DNA from: Camelus ferus
Lineage: Eukaryota
Reading direction: 5' to 3'
Length of the DNA stretch: 64,000 bases
Assembly: GCF_009834535.1 (NCBI RefSeq)
Contig: NC_045697.1
Span: forward strand, 31,684,001-31,748,000
Made by a program: the position numbers and the translations under genes
Notes under the pieces: model-generated
What the model was told of the DNA's origin: nothing
The model's database searches: none
The model's input: only the letters and a program-made list of their open reading frames with translations
Part shown: positions 1 through 10,303 of the stretch, in pieces
How positions within the stretch are numbered: the first letter of the stretch is position 1
Layout: each line of letters starts with the position of its first letter

Positions 1-204
1 CCTGTGAATAGTTAGAGCTAGTGCTGGTCATCTGGGAGTAGGAAGTGTTCAATGAATGCTCTAATGAACCTATTTTCATTCATCACTTTTATTTATAATA
101 TTATATACTTTTTCTTTAAAAAGATCTCCCAATTTATATGTTTCTAGTCCTACAAAACCTGTCCAGTATTACTTCTGTGTCAAAAATAGCTTCAGTGAGC
201 TCCT

Positions 205-1121
205 TAAACAAGCAATTCTCCAAGAAAGACATACAAATGATCAATAGGCACATGAAAAAATGCTCAATATTGCCAGTTATCAGAGAAATGCAAATCAAAA
301 CTACAATGAGGTATCACCTCACACCAGTCAGAATGGCCATCATTCAAAAATCCACAAATGACAAATGCCGGAGTGGCTGTGGAGAAAAGGGAACCCTCCA
401 ACACTGCTGGTGGGAATGCAGTTTGGTGCAGCCACTGTGGAAAACGGTATGGAGATTCCTCAAAAGACTAGGAATAGACTTACTGTATGACCCAGGAATC
501 CCACTCCTAGACATATATACAGAAGGAACCCTACTTCAAAATGACATCTGCACCCCAATGTTCATAGCGGCACTATTTACAATAGCCAAGACATGGAAAC
601 AGCCTAAATGTCTGTCAACTGATGACTGGATAAAGAAGATGTGGTATATTTATACAATGGAATACTATTCAGCCATAAAAACTGACAACATAATGCCATT
701 TGCAGCAACATGGATGCTCCTGGAGAATGTCTTTCTAAGTGAAGTAAGCCAGAAGGAGAAATAAAAATACCATATGAGATCACTCATATGTGGAATCTAA
801 AAAAAAAGAAAGAAAAAAAAACAACCAAACAAAGCATAAATACAAAACTGAAATAGACTCACAGACATAGAATACAAACTTGTGGTTGCCAAGGGGGCAG
901 AAGGTGGGAAGGGATAGAGTGGGATTTCAAAATTGTAGAATAGATGAACAAGATTATACTGTATAGCACAGGGAAATATATACAAGATCTTATGGTAGCT
1001 CACAGAGAAAAAAATGTGACAATGAATATATATATGTTCATGTATAACTGAAAAATTGTGCTCTACACTGGAATCTGACACAATATTGTAAAATGATTAT
1101 AAATCTATAAAAAATGTTAAG
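205..1121 (+). mobile_element. Young 5'-truncated LINE-1 (ORF2 C-terminus + 3'UTR) with target-site duplication
   Basis: ORF 138..764 encodes the L1 ORF2 Cys-rich C-terminus ([20 protein letters not shown]...[18 protein letters not shown]). A 3'UTR and A-rich end follow. TSD aaaaatagcttcagtgag(c/g)tcct lies at 182..204 and 1122..1144 (22/23 identical). A premature TAA falls about 12 codons before the usual ...SLICGI* end. Confidence 0.97.
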
Positions 1122-1147
1122 AAAAATAGCTTCAGTGAGGTCCTGCT

Positions 1148-1208
1148 TTCTCTCTCTCTCTATGTATGTATGTGTATATGTGTATGTATATACACATACA
1201 TATATATA
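1148..1208. repeat. Compound (TC)n/(TA,TG)n microsatellite
   Basis: tctctctctctc followed by tatgtatgtatgtgtatatg...tatatata. Confidence 0.85.
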
Positions 1209-2821
1209 ACAAGGGAGCTATATGAGCATTATTTATTGGATAACCCCTATTTTTTCTTTACTGTGTTATGCATCATAGCTACAAAGATTAATTTAATAGA
1301 GTTCCTGCCTTTAAGATGTCCAAATCTAGGAGTCAGATTTTTAAACAAAATAGAACAGTATAGCATGATAGATGCTAAACCAATGATATGATCAAACATC
1401 CACAGAAGCAATATGGAAAGAAGCAGCAGATCTGCTCCAGGAAGCTGGGGATTATTCAGAGTGTATGTCACATGTAAATTGAGGTAGAATAGGGACAGAA
1501 GCCCTTTAAGACAGAAAATAGCATGATCCAAAGTACTGAAGAATTCTAGGTCTGTGTTCTAATGCTGTGTTTAGGTAAATGGCCAGAAGTTTATGATTTT
1601 TTTCAAGAATTAGCTGGTTTATGTTTGTGTATGGTTATTCACTAGACCAGACATGGATTGATTTATATAATTATCATAATATAAATAAATAAATTATTAA
1701 TTTATACAATTATACGCAACAGGGCACCTAAGTTACTTGCATCATTTTAAATAAAAATAACAAGTACACATACAATACTGTAGTGAAAATGAGTCTGTTT
1801 TCTGAAGTATCCACTTCAATGATTAAAGGCAATTTCAATAACTGTCTTTGGAGAATCACCCTCTCTGGAAAAGGACTATTGTTTCCTGTAATATAGAAAT
1901 ATAATTGCCAGTGTTCAGGAAACCTATTTGAAATAACTGTGTAGATACCATGCTTGGCTAAATAAAGAATGTCACATTGAAAAAAATACTTTGTATCTCT
2001 TTTATTATATAAACCAATGTGATGTAGTTTATAAATGATATTATGATTTAATTTTAGAAAATCATATTTCTTGATAAAGAATTTTGTCATCTGCTTATTC
2101 ACATTTGGAGCCAGACTAATAGTAAAGTTTTTTTAGTATTTAATATTTGAAAAGTATTTTTATTTAATTTATGATTTTCATAATTGAATACAATGTTTTT
2201 TTTACATCAACTACATAATTGTAAACAAATGATGTCTTATATTTCACTTAGAATAAATCATCTTTTCTATTTTCTGAATAAATATTTGCATTAAAAAATT
2301 CTGCTTCTACGTCTGTCTGTCTGACATGAAATGAGATACCAGCAGTAGTGGTTATGAACATGGAAAGTGTTTTGTTTCAATTTTGAGTTCCTAAGCATTG
2401 TCATATTTCCAGTGGCACCACAAGAAATACACATTTTGAATTACAACTTTATTTTATATATATTTACTTTCTGTGGTGACTTTGTGGCTTTATTTTTTGC
2501 CCAAATCCATTTTATCTACATAAACTTGAGTCCTGTACCATCATTAGTGCTGTAGCCTCTCACAGTAGTACAGTTTTGATTATTCTATTTCTTTGGAAAT
2601 AGCTGCTTTTTAAATGAAATGCTTCATATAGTAACTTTGTTCTTTAAGTGACTCATGCATGAATTCATGGAAGAGCATTTTAAAATTCAAGGCACCAGTG
2701 ATTTTTGAAATTCATTTTGGAGATATAATACTCCCAATATTCTATAAAATTTTAAGATGTAGAATCAAGTGATTCTGATTCAAGAAGCTTCTTTTACACT
2801 TTCACATCAACTGCACACTTT

Positions 2822-3775
2822 ATAACTACATTTACTGAGCCCTATGAACATGGTAGGTACAGCACTGTATGTAGAAGTAGAGTCGCCTTCTTCAGTGGTT
2901 TCACTGAATCAGTCAGGCTGTCCTGGAGAGCCCATTTAATTTGTGAACCCCTCCTGAATGATTCAGTGAAACCCCTGAAGAAGGCGAAGTGATGAATAAC
3001 TGAAAATATGAAGGAAAAACTTTCCAAAACTGAAGACAGCATAGGCCCTGAGGCATGAATGCTCCTAGTGTGGTCAAGGAATAGCAAGGCTGGAACAGAG
3101 TGACAGAAAGGAATGGCAGTAGATGATGGAGTTAAAGAAACAATGGTGGTCAGGTTCCAGTAGAGCCTTGTAACCCACTGAAAAGAATTTTGGTCATACT
3201 CAGTGAAGTGAGAAGACTGTGGAATATTCTGAGCAGAGGACTGGCCTGACCCAACTTCTGCATTAACAGCATCTTTCTGACTATTGACACGTACTGAAGG
3301 AGTGCAACAGTAGAAGCAAAGCACAACCATCTAGAAGAACATTAAAATAATGCAGGGATGAGATAAAGGTGGCTTAGAAGTGGTAAGGAGTGGTCTAATT
3401 ATAAATATATTTTGAAGGAATAGCCAACATGATTTTCTGATGGATTGGCCAAAATAATTGAGAGCAAAAAGTAAAATAAAATTTGAGGTGTTTCAGCCTA
3501 AGCAAATACAATAACCAGAAGTGCCTATAATGAACGAAGGAAAGATTGGAGGGCTACATTAAGTAGAAGTAATATGAGTGCCTTTACGTGTACATTTAAA
3601 ATGCCTGTTAGATGTTCAGGTTAAGATACTGCAGAGAGCTGGTTACATGCACCTGAATTTTAGAGCGCCATCAGGAGACTGGGTTAAGTAGAGAAGAGGT
3701 CCGTGGCCTCCTCCACCTTAGGGCACTCTGAAAGGTCCAGGAAATGAAGAGGGACCAAGAAAGAAAATAGATTGA
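2822..3775 (-). mobile_element. LINE-2 fragment
   Basis: Antisense L2 motifs: acatttactgagccctat, aggccctgaggcatgaa, tagagccttgta...aagaattttgg, ctgagcagagga, atatattttgaagg, gatttctgatggattgg. Confidence 0.85.
2883..2987. repeat. Inverted repeat: 35-bp arms (33/35 complementary), 35-nt loop
   Basis: tcgccttcttcagtggtttcactgaatcagtcagg (2883..2917) versus cctgaatgattcagtgaaacccctgaagaaggcga (2953..2987). Confidence 0.97.
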
Positions 3776-3916
3776 ATGACAAACAAGATAATGGAGGATT
3801 CATTAAATTTTACTGAGACTTTGAACCTTTAAAGATTACTGAAGAGTCAAGAAAGAATCCATATTATACATTGTGGTTAAAATCAGCTGATTTTCAGTTG
3901 CTTCTTAATCACTAGT

Positions 3917-3948
3917 GCATCCTTTATTCCAAGCATCCTTTATTCCAA
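3917..3948. repeat. Perfect 16-bp tandem duplication
   Basis: gcatcctttattccaa x2. Confidence 0.95.
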
Positions 3949-5604
3949 CTCTCTCCTACTTTTAGACTTGTTTATCCTACACAATTACTTGTTACACTTT
4001 CTTCCCTTCTGTTCCATCATTCTCCTCCACCTCCTCCCTCACTAACCACTAAAATGATTCCTTTTCATTTTTCATCTGTGCCTTCTTTTCCAAATCTAGA
4101 AAACTCTTCCATAAAGTTATTAATTTGCTTTTATTTATTAGTTGGTATGGAGTCAAAGTTTGTACCTTCTTCAAAGTACTTCTAGAGAGTTATTTTTTGT
4201 TCAAACACATACATTTACCTCCAATTATATCAATTTCTATTCTCGTATGAACAGGAGAAATACACATTTCACTTCACAAATGACTTTTAATCCACTAGTT
4301 TAGGTTTCCTAAAGGCAATTTTGCCTCTAACATTAATCAAAGCACCACCATTGTACTTTGTACCTCAAGAAAGCTTAATAATATTACTTTGGATTTAATG
4401 AAACTTCATCGACTCACTGCCCATCTATGGCCTGCATATGAGGCTCACAAGGGTAATTTAAGTGTCTGGATTTTCCACTGTTTATTATATAGAAAAATGA
4501 CCTTTCCTTTCTGTTGGCTTGACTGTTACCTTTTAGTACTGAGAAGTTGCAGAAAGATGGCCTTTACCATAGTCTTTATCCCAATTTTTTCCCCTTTTAC
4601 CAGCCCTACAACTGGTATTCTTATCTTATATTCACCATTCAAACCTATTTCCCATTAGTGATTTCCCTTTGTTAAAGCCTGACACTAAGTAAAACAGAAA
4701 AGAAAATGTATATCCAATGATTTTACATAAGTTTTAAAAATACCTAAAAACACATCATGTTACCACTTAGATACTGAAGTGTACAAAGACTTCTCAGTCA
4801 TCTGGCCAGGGCTGTTGAAAAACGTATCCATTTATTTTCTTCAGCCATCTACTATGAGGTTCCATTAACACCAGAATCCCTTATTAGAACATAATTTGGA
4901 ACTTGAATTTGAGAGAATCACGATTAGTTGCCTTGTCCTCTGTGTTGCCTCTAAGTTTTCATTTAAGGATAAGAATCAAAGTGCAGGTGGTTTCCTGGAG
5001 ATTAATGATCGTTCAGGAGGCATCCATGTCCCTGGGAAGAATATCTAATCATTTATCCGACAGCAATATAATGTACGAAAGTCATTATCACCACCATCAA
5101 ATGGCAATTCTTTTTTCTTACAAATAAGTGCTTACTTTATTTCAAGTTGATGAAAGATCCAAGATGGACATTCTGTAGGCAGAAGAGTTCTATTAATTTA
5201 TTAAACAGGGAAATAACAGATAAGAAAAAAAAAGAAAACCAGGTTGTGGTATAAATTTGACTCAATGGAAAGGAACTTTAAATTCAGTAGAGTACACTGC
5301 TGAACAAGGGTAAGCTTAGGTTTCTCCACCTACTGTCATTCTTGTCTGTTTGGATCACTGCTTATTTGTGTTATTAATCAAAAAGTGCCTTAATTCTTTA
5401 GATTTTATCAGATTCAATATGTCTTATCCATAATGTCCTCAAATTGCCAGTGGAATCTTCAGAGACAGGTTTAAGCCAAATTCTCCGATTATAGTTCCCT
5501 TTTCTGAAAGACTGTCAAGTCGCTGTTTTGAGATTAGAGGTAAAATCAGACTTTTGTGCAACAACTCTAATGTCTTCTCGTAAAAGTAGAAAGCCACATA
5601 CAGA

Positions 5605-5815
5605 CAATTCATTCATTCTTTCTTTTTTTCAATATGCATCTGCTGAAAACCTACTAAGTGCTACACTCCCTTCTAAATACGGAGACTAGAGCTGTGAAAA
5701 AGAGACACATTCCTGTCTTTAAAAGTGTCTGTCATTGTGAAGGAAAAATGGATTAAATAATAAACATATGATAAAATATGAAGCATTGCCAGAGAATAAA
5801 AAAGTGCTATGTGTA
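5605..5815 (-). mobile_element. LINE-2 3' end fragment
   Basis: attcattcatt...catctgctgaaaacctactaagtgc...gagactagagctgtgaaaaagagacacattcctgtc, typical of the antisense L2 tail. Confidence 0.7.
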
Positions 5816-5821
5816 AAATCA

Positions 5822-6477
5822 AACAAAAAGATGCAAGAATATACAATGGAGAAAAGACAGTCTCCAGCAAGTGGTGTTGGGAAAGCTGGACAGCCACATA
5901 TAAATCAGTGAAGTTATAACACTCCCTCACACGATACACAAAAATCAACTCAAAATGGCTTAAAGACTTAAACATAAGACAGGACACCGTAAATCTGCTA
6001 GACGAGAACATAGGCAAAACATTCTCTGACATAAATCATACCAGTGTTTTCCTAGGTCATAAACCATAGACAAAATGAAAATTACAACCTACAGACTGGG
6101 AGAAAATATTTGCAAATGATGTAACTGACAAGGGCTTAATTTCCAGAATATGCAGCTTATACAGATCAATAACAAAAAATGGGCAGAAGACCTAAACAAC
6201 CCAATCAAAAAATGGGCAGAAGACCTAAACAAACAATTCCCCAATGAAGACATATGGATGGCCAATAGGAACATGTAAAGGTGCTCAATATCACTAATTA
6301 CCAGAAAAATGCAAACCAAAACTACAATGAGGTATCACCTCACACCAGTCAGAGTGGCCATCATTAAAAAGTTCACAAACAATAAATGCTGGAGAGGATG
6401 TGGAGAAAAGGGAACCCCCTTACACTGTTGGTGTGAATACAGTTTGGTGCAATCATTATGGAAAATAGTACAGAGAT
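5822..6477 (+). mobile_element. LINE-1 ORF2 internal fragment (both ends truncated)
   Basis: caagaatatacaatggagaaaagacagtctc...aaaatcaactcaaaatggcttaaagac...ctacaatgaggtatcacctcacaccagtcaga. The 3' part is homologous to the L1 at 205..1121. Confidence 0.95.
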
Positions 6478-6949
6478 AACAAAACCTTTAAACTCCTAAG
6501 GCTAATTTTAAACAAAGTTTTGTGTCTATGTTCTCCTTTTTGAGTATCCATATCTTTCACAAATGCTACCAAATTAAATAATCAGTTTTCACAAAGGTGC
6601 CCTGACTTAGCTCACCGTCTTATGAAAGTGTTAATGAACAGTGAAAAGGTGACAGAAAAAGCAGCAGAGGGAATGAAGAAGCCCAGTGGTGGAAAGAAGA
6701 TCATGTCTTGTTTACTCCATTTGCTCTTTAAAACATAGATTATTGCCACTGTCATAATAAAAGCTGAGACATAGATTGCTTCCAGTCTGATACGTTTTTC
6801 AGCTGGCTTTCAATGATGCATAAGACTTTGTGAGACTGTTAGTGTGTAACAATAACATACAAATTGTGTATAGTCCTCAAAATGAGAGTTGTGTTAAGTG
6901 CTTTTGCATGCATTCTTTCAGTCAGTCTTTAAATAGTAGAAACGTACAA

Positions 6950-7200
6950 TGTAGGAAGGATAGAGTATAACCTAATAATTACAAACCTACCTGAGAGACA
7001 GATACCTGGGTTAAAACCCAGGTCTTCCATGTATTGACTGTGATGTTGAGTAAGTCATTTAAACTGTCTTCTCTTCAGTTTTCTTAACCATTAAGCAGAG
7101 GTGAAAATATTTGCCATGATGGGCAATTGTAGGATTAAATAAACTTTTACATAAAAGATGCCAAAAACATGCCTTATCTATATAATAGGCCATTAGTAAA
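6950..7200 (+). mobile_element. MIR SINE
   Basis: acctgggttaaaacccagg, ctgtgatgttgagtaagtcatttaa, cttcagttttctt, ttgtaggattaaat. Confidence 0.8.
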
Positions 7201-7659
7201 TTATGTACAGATGCAATAAAGATTTATTTTAAAAAGTTAATTATAATTATTAAGGTTGCACAGGTAATTGGTATGGAAAATAGACCTAAAACCAAGATCT
7301 AATTTAAACATGAAAGTCTACATTGAATTAATATCCTATACTGTCAGCCTCCCTGTATCTAGTTAAGCATATAAAATAATGCCTCACTCAAGTATATTTG
7401 TTGAATGCATTTATAGAATAATCTTTCAGAAGAAATGAATGATTCTGTCACACCAATTGATAAATCATATTTAAACAAAGCAATCACTAGAAGGGATTCT
7501 ATATTTTCAATAATCCCAAGCCACATTTTAATTCATAAATGATAATTGCTTTCTTCTATAGAAGACCTGTCAAGTAACTCATTATTATTATCTTGTAGAG
7601 GCCAATTAATGTCTTCCTTATTTGCAGCCTGACAATGCTCCAACCAAGAAGAGAGCATT

Positions 7660-7790
7660 TAGAGAGAACCTTTGGACTGGTTGCCAGGACCCAGGCTTAA
7701 TCTTCACTCTGCCACTAATCAAATCTGCTGCAAGTAACTCTATTTCCAAAGATCTATTTCTTCCTCTATCAAAGAAGATTTGAGCTAGAT
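7660..7790 (+). mobile_element. MIR/MIR3 fragment
   Basis: tggactggttgccaggacccagg...ctctgccactaa...gcaagtaact...ttcttcctctatcaaa. Confidence 0.55.
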
Positions 7791-8129
7791 TTTCACTAAA
7801 ATTTGCTGCAGATTCTTCCAACTGCATACCACTAGCACCAGGGGACACAGGAGGGGAGATGATGGCCAAGCATGTAGCTGTTCTGGCAAAATAACCCAGA
7901 TAACATTCTAACCCAATGTGTACATCATGTAAGTGCCCATGTATAACAGGAAGACAGGGAAGATACCACAAATGTAAATTGTCTAGTATCAGTCTTAGAT
8001 AAGATGTAGATAACATAAGACAAAGACATAGATAACATAAGACAATGTTCATAAAAGAAACCATGGTGTTCTCACTTTTTTAGAAAAAGCTTCATTTTAA
8101 AGAATATATTGAATACGGTATCTGACAAA

Positions 8130-8270
8130 AAACTCATAAAGTAGCAATTATTACCCCTTCTTTACAAAAAAAGAAAACAGAGCTCTCAGACTTTTCAAGA
8201 TGTCTTATAATAAGGGTTATAGTTAAGTATTCAAATTTACTCTTTCAACTCTAAGTGCAGTATTTTGTTA
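8130..8270 (-). mobile_element. MIR fragment
   Basis: attattaccccttctttaca...gaaaacagagctctcaga...attcaaatt...ctctaagtgcag. Confidence 0.55.
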
Positions 8271-8382
8271 CTAAATCACAGATGACTGTTTGTAACGTTA
8301 ATACATTTCTACACTGTAATATCTTGCATCACCTTTAAGACTTTTTTTAAAAAGCAATAAAAATTTGAAGTCTATATGTTCC

Positions 8383-8810
8383 TGTTTGTATGGTCAGACC
8401 CCCAAGATGGCTGTTCTCTTGCTCTCTGGACATCCCCTGTTCCACCAGTGTCTGCTTCCCCTACACCCAGCTCACATGTCTGACCTTCCTACATACTTGT
8501 CCCAGGCCCCAGCTAGTGATTGTTCCCATCGAAAGCGCGTTGAGGAGATGCCCCTCTGCTGGTTTCCCTGGTAACCAGTGAGCCAAACCCTATAACTGAT
8601 GGTCTTCTCTTTCCCCTGGAATGAAGCTTGCCGCCATGTCCTACCTGTTGTCCATCACACATGATGGGGAGTCACTCCAGGACCTTGTTTCAGACCTGTA
8701 AGCTCCCCCATCCATTAAACCATTGATCTCAGTCACTGACTCCGGGGTCTTTCTCCAGTCTTGAAGCTGGGCCTTACAAGCCTTGTAGGCCTGCAGGGTG
8801 CAGCCCGACA
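8383..8810 (+). mobile_element. Solo LTR (ERVL-like, resembles MER74 class)
   Basis: GC-richer ~430 bp block with TG...CA ends, cccaagatggc, ctataact (TATA-like) and ATTAAA about 90 bp before the 3' end (...gcagcccgaca). The TSD is degenerate. Confidence 0.75.
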
Positions 8811-8869
8811 TTCTTGTATAAAATAGCATGACAACCCAGAAGTTAAAAATCAAATGGGAAGACCATTCT

Positions 8870-9085
8870 ATAATGCTTAGAGTGTAGGAATGGATCCTGG
8901 ATTGCTTCTTGGCTCTACCAGTTGCTGAGTCCACTGGGTCATGTGACTTAAATTCTCTCCTGTCTTAATAGGCTCATCTGTGAAACCGAGATCATAACTA
9001 CCTTAGGGCTGTGAGAACTAAATGTGAACGTTTGTAATGGACTTAGCACTGTGATCAGCAATCCCTCAGTGAACGCTAGCTGACA
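8870..9085 (+). mobile_element. MIR SINE
   Basis: ggctctacca...ctgggtcatgtgacttaa...ctcatctgtgaaa...agggctgtgagaactaaatg...cttagcac. Confidence 0.8.
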
Positions 9086-9420
9086 TTGGTATGACTGCTG
9101 CTATTGCTCAAACGATCCAAACCAAACTGTCCATCGTCACCTTGCTTATAGAATTTTTGCCTTGGCCAAATTCTATTTCAAAGTGTTATTCTATGCAACC
9201 AAACCGGATATGAAATGTACAATGCCATAAATAATCAAAATTAGTGCCCCCCCAAATGCTCTGATATATCCAAAGACAAAACAGGGCAATTATACATTTT
9301 TTTAATTTTTATACATTTTGACAGCAAACTCATTTTCCTCATTAAATGTAAAAACTATCCCCTAAAAATGTCCAAAATCTTCTCACAAAAAATCATTTTA
9401 AAGCCTCCATATTTAAAAGA

Positions 9421-9695
9421 ACTACTGTACAATATAGTGCCTGTGGCTAAAAATACTAGATTGTATAGTTAAAATTTGCTAAGCTTTATGTTAAGTGTTC
9501 TTACCACCACTGCCACAACAGCAACCATAGTTATAAGAACTGGAGGAAAATTTGGAGGTAATAAATATTTTTATGGCTTTGATGATGGTGATAATTCACA
9601 GGTGTACACTTATCCCTAAACTCAAGTTGTATACATTAAGTATGTACAGCTTCTCATATGTCAACCATACCTCAATAATATGGTTTTAAAAAAGA
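9421..9695 (+). mobile_element. Old L1 3'UTR end (L1MA/L1MB type)
   Basis: ctactgtacaatatagtg...aaatttgctaag...tgatggtgataattcacaggtgtacacttat...gtcaaccatacctcaataa + A-rich end. Confidence 0.85.
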
Positions 9696-10283
9696 GTTAA
9701 TATTACTAAATGAAGATTTTACTGCTAGTATGGAGATTGGCAACTATGAAGGGATTTTGAAGTTAACCAGCGGGTATTTATGCCACCCTATATCTTGGTG
9801 GGGAAATATACTTCTTGCAGAAATGTGTGATAAAACTGTGTAATGAATTTAAAATAATTCCAAGAATTACAAGGGAAATTCAAAGAGAACATCAAAACAT
9901 TCACAAAAGGTATGAAATTGATTGAAAGTTAGAAAACCACATCTTGTTTTAATGTATCAATGATATTTATCTAGTCTCCATGAGATATTGATTAAAATAA
10001 GAAATCATGGACTGTCTTTGCTTCTGTTCAAAGCTGTGTGACAGAAGCATAGAATGTAGAACTTGGAGACTGCTAAATAAAACCCCAAAGCCTTATCATT
10101 AACAGAAAAATAGAAATGTAAGGAAATACAACTATCTTAAATCTCATAGACCACAGGACAAAAATGTCTTAAATAAGCTGTGAAATGTGATTGCAGGTTT
10201 ATTTCTTCTATATGTAATCATCACATCTTCTACATAAAGGTTAAAAAGTCAAAGGAAAAATTTATCATTGAGTCAGTTTGTGT

Positions 10284-10303
10284 CACACACACACACACAC
10301 ACA
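10284..10303. repeat. (CA)n microsatellite
   Basis: Direct observation. Confidence 0.9.

Noticed and set aside
138..764. 208-aa ORF as a host gene
   Set aside because: It is the L1 ORF2 C-terminus fused by chance to flank codons, and it lies within a TSD-bounded retrocopy.
2340..2742. Large minus-strand exon continuing the micro-exon chain
   Set aside because: All three frames contain early stops.
2842..3330. 162-aa ORF
   Set aside because: It lies in a decayed L2 plus the palindrome and has no recognisable domain or exon context.
7005..7024. Short palindrome acctgggtt-aa-aacccaggt
   Set aside because: It derives from the nearly self-complementary B-box/T-arm region of MIR.
7618..8064. 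148-aa minus-strand ORF with a hydrophobic N-terminus
   Set aside because: It spans a local duplication and a MIR remnant and has no recognisable homology.
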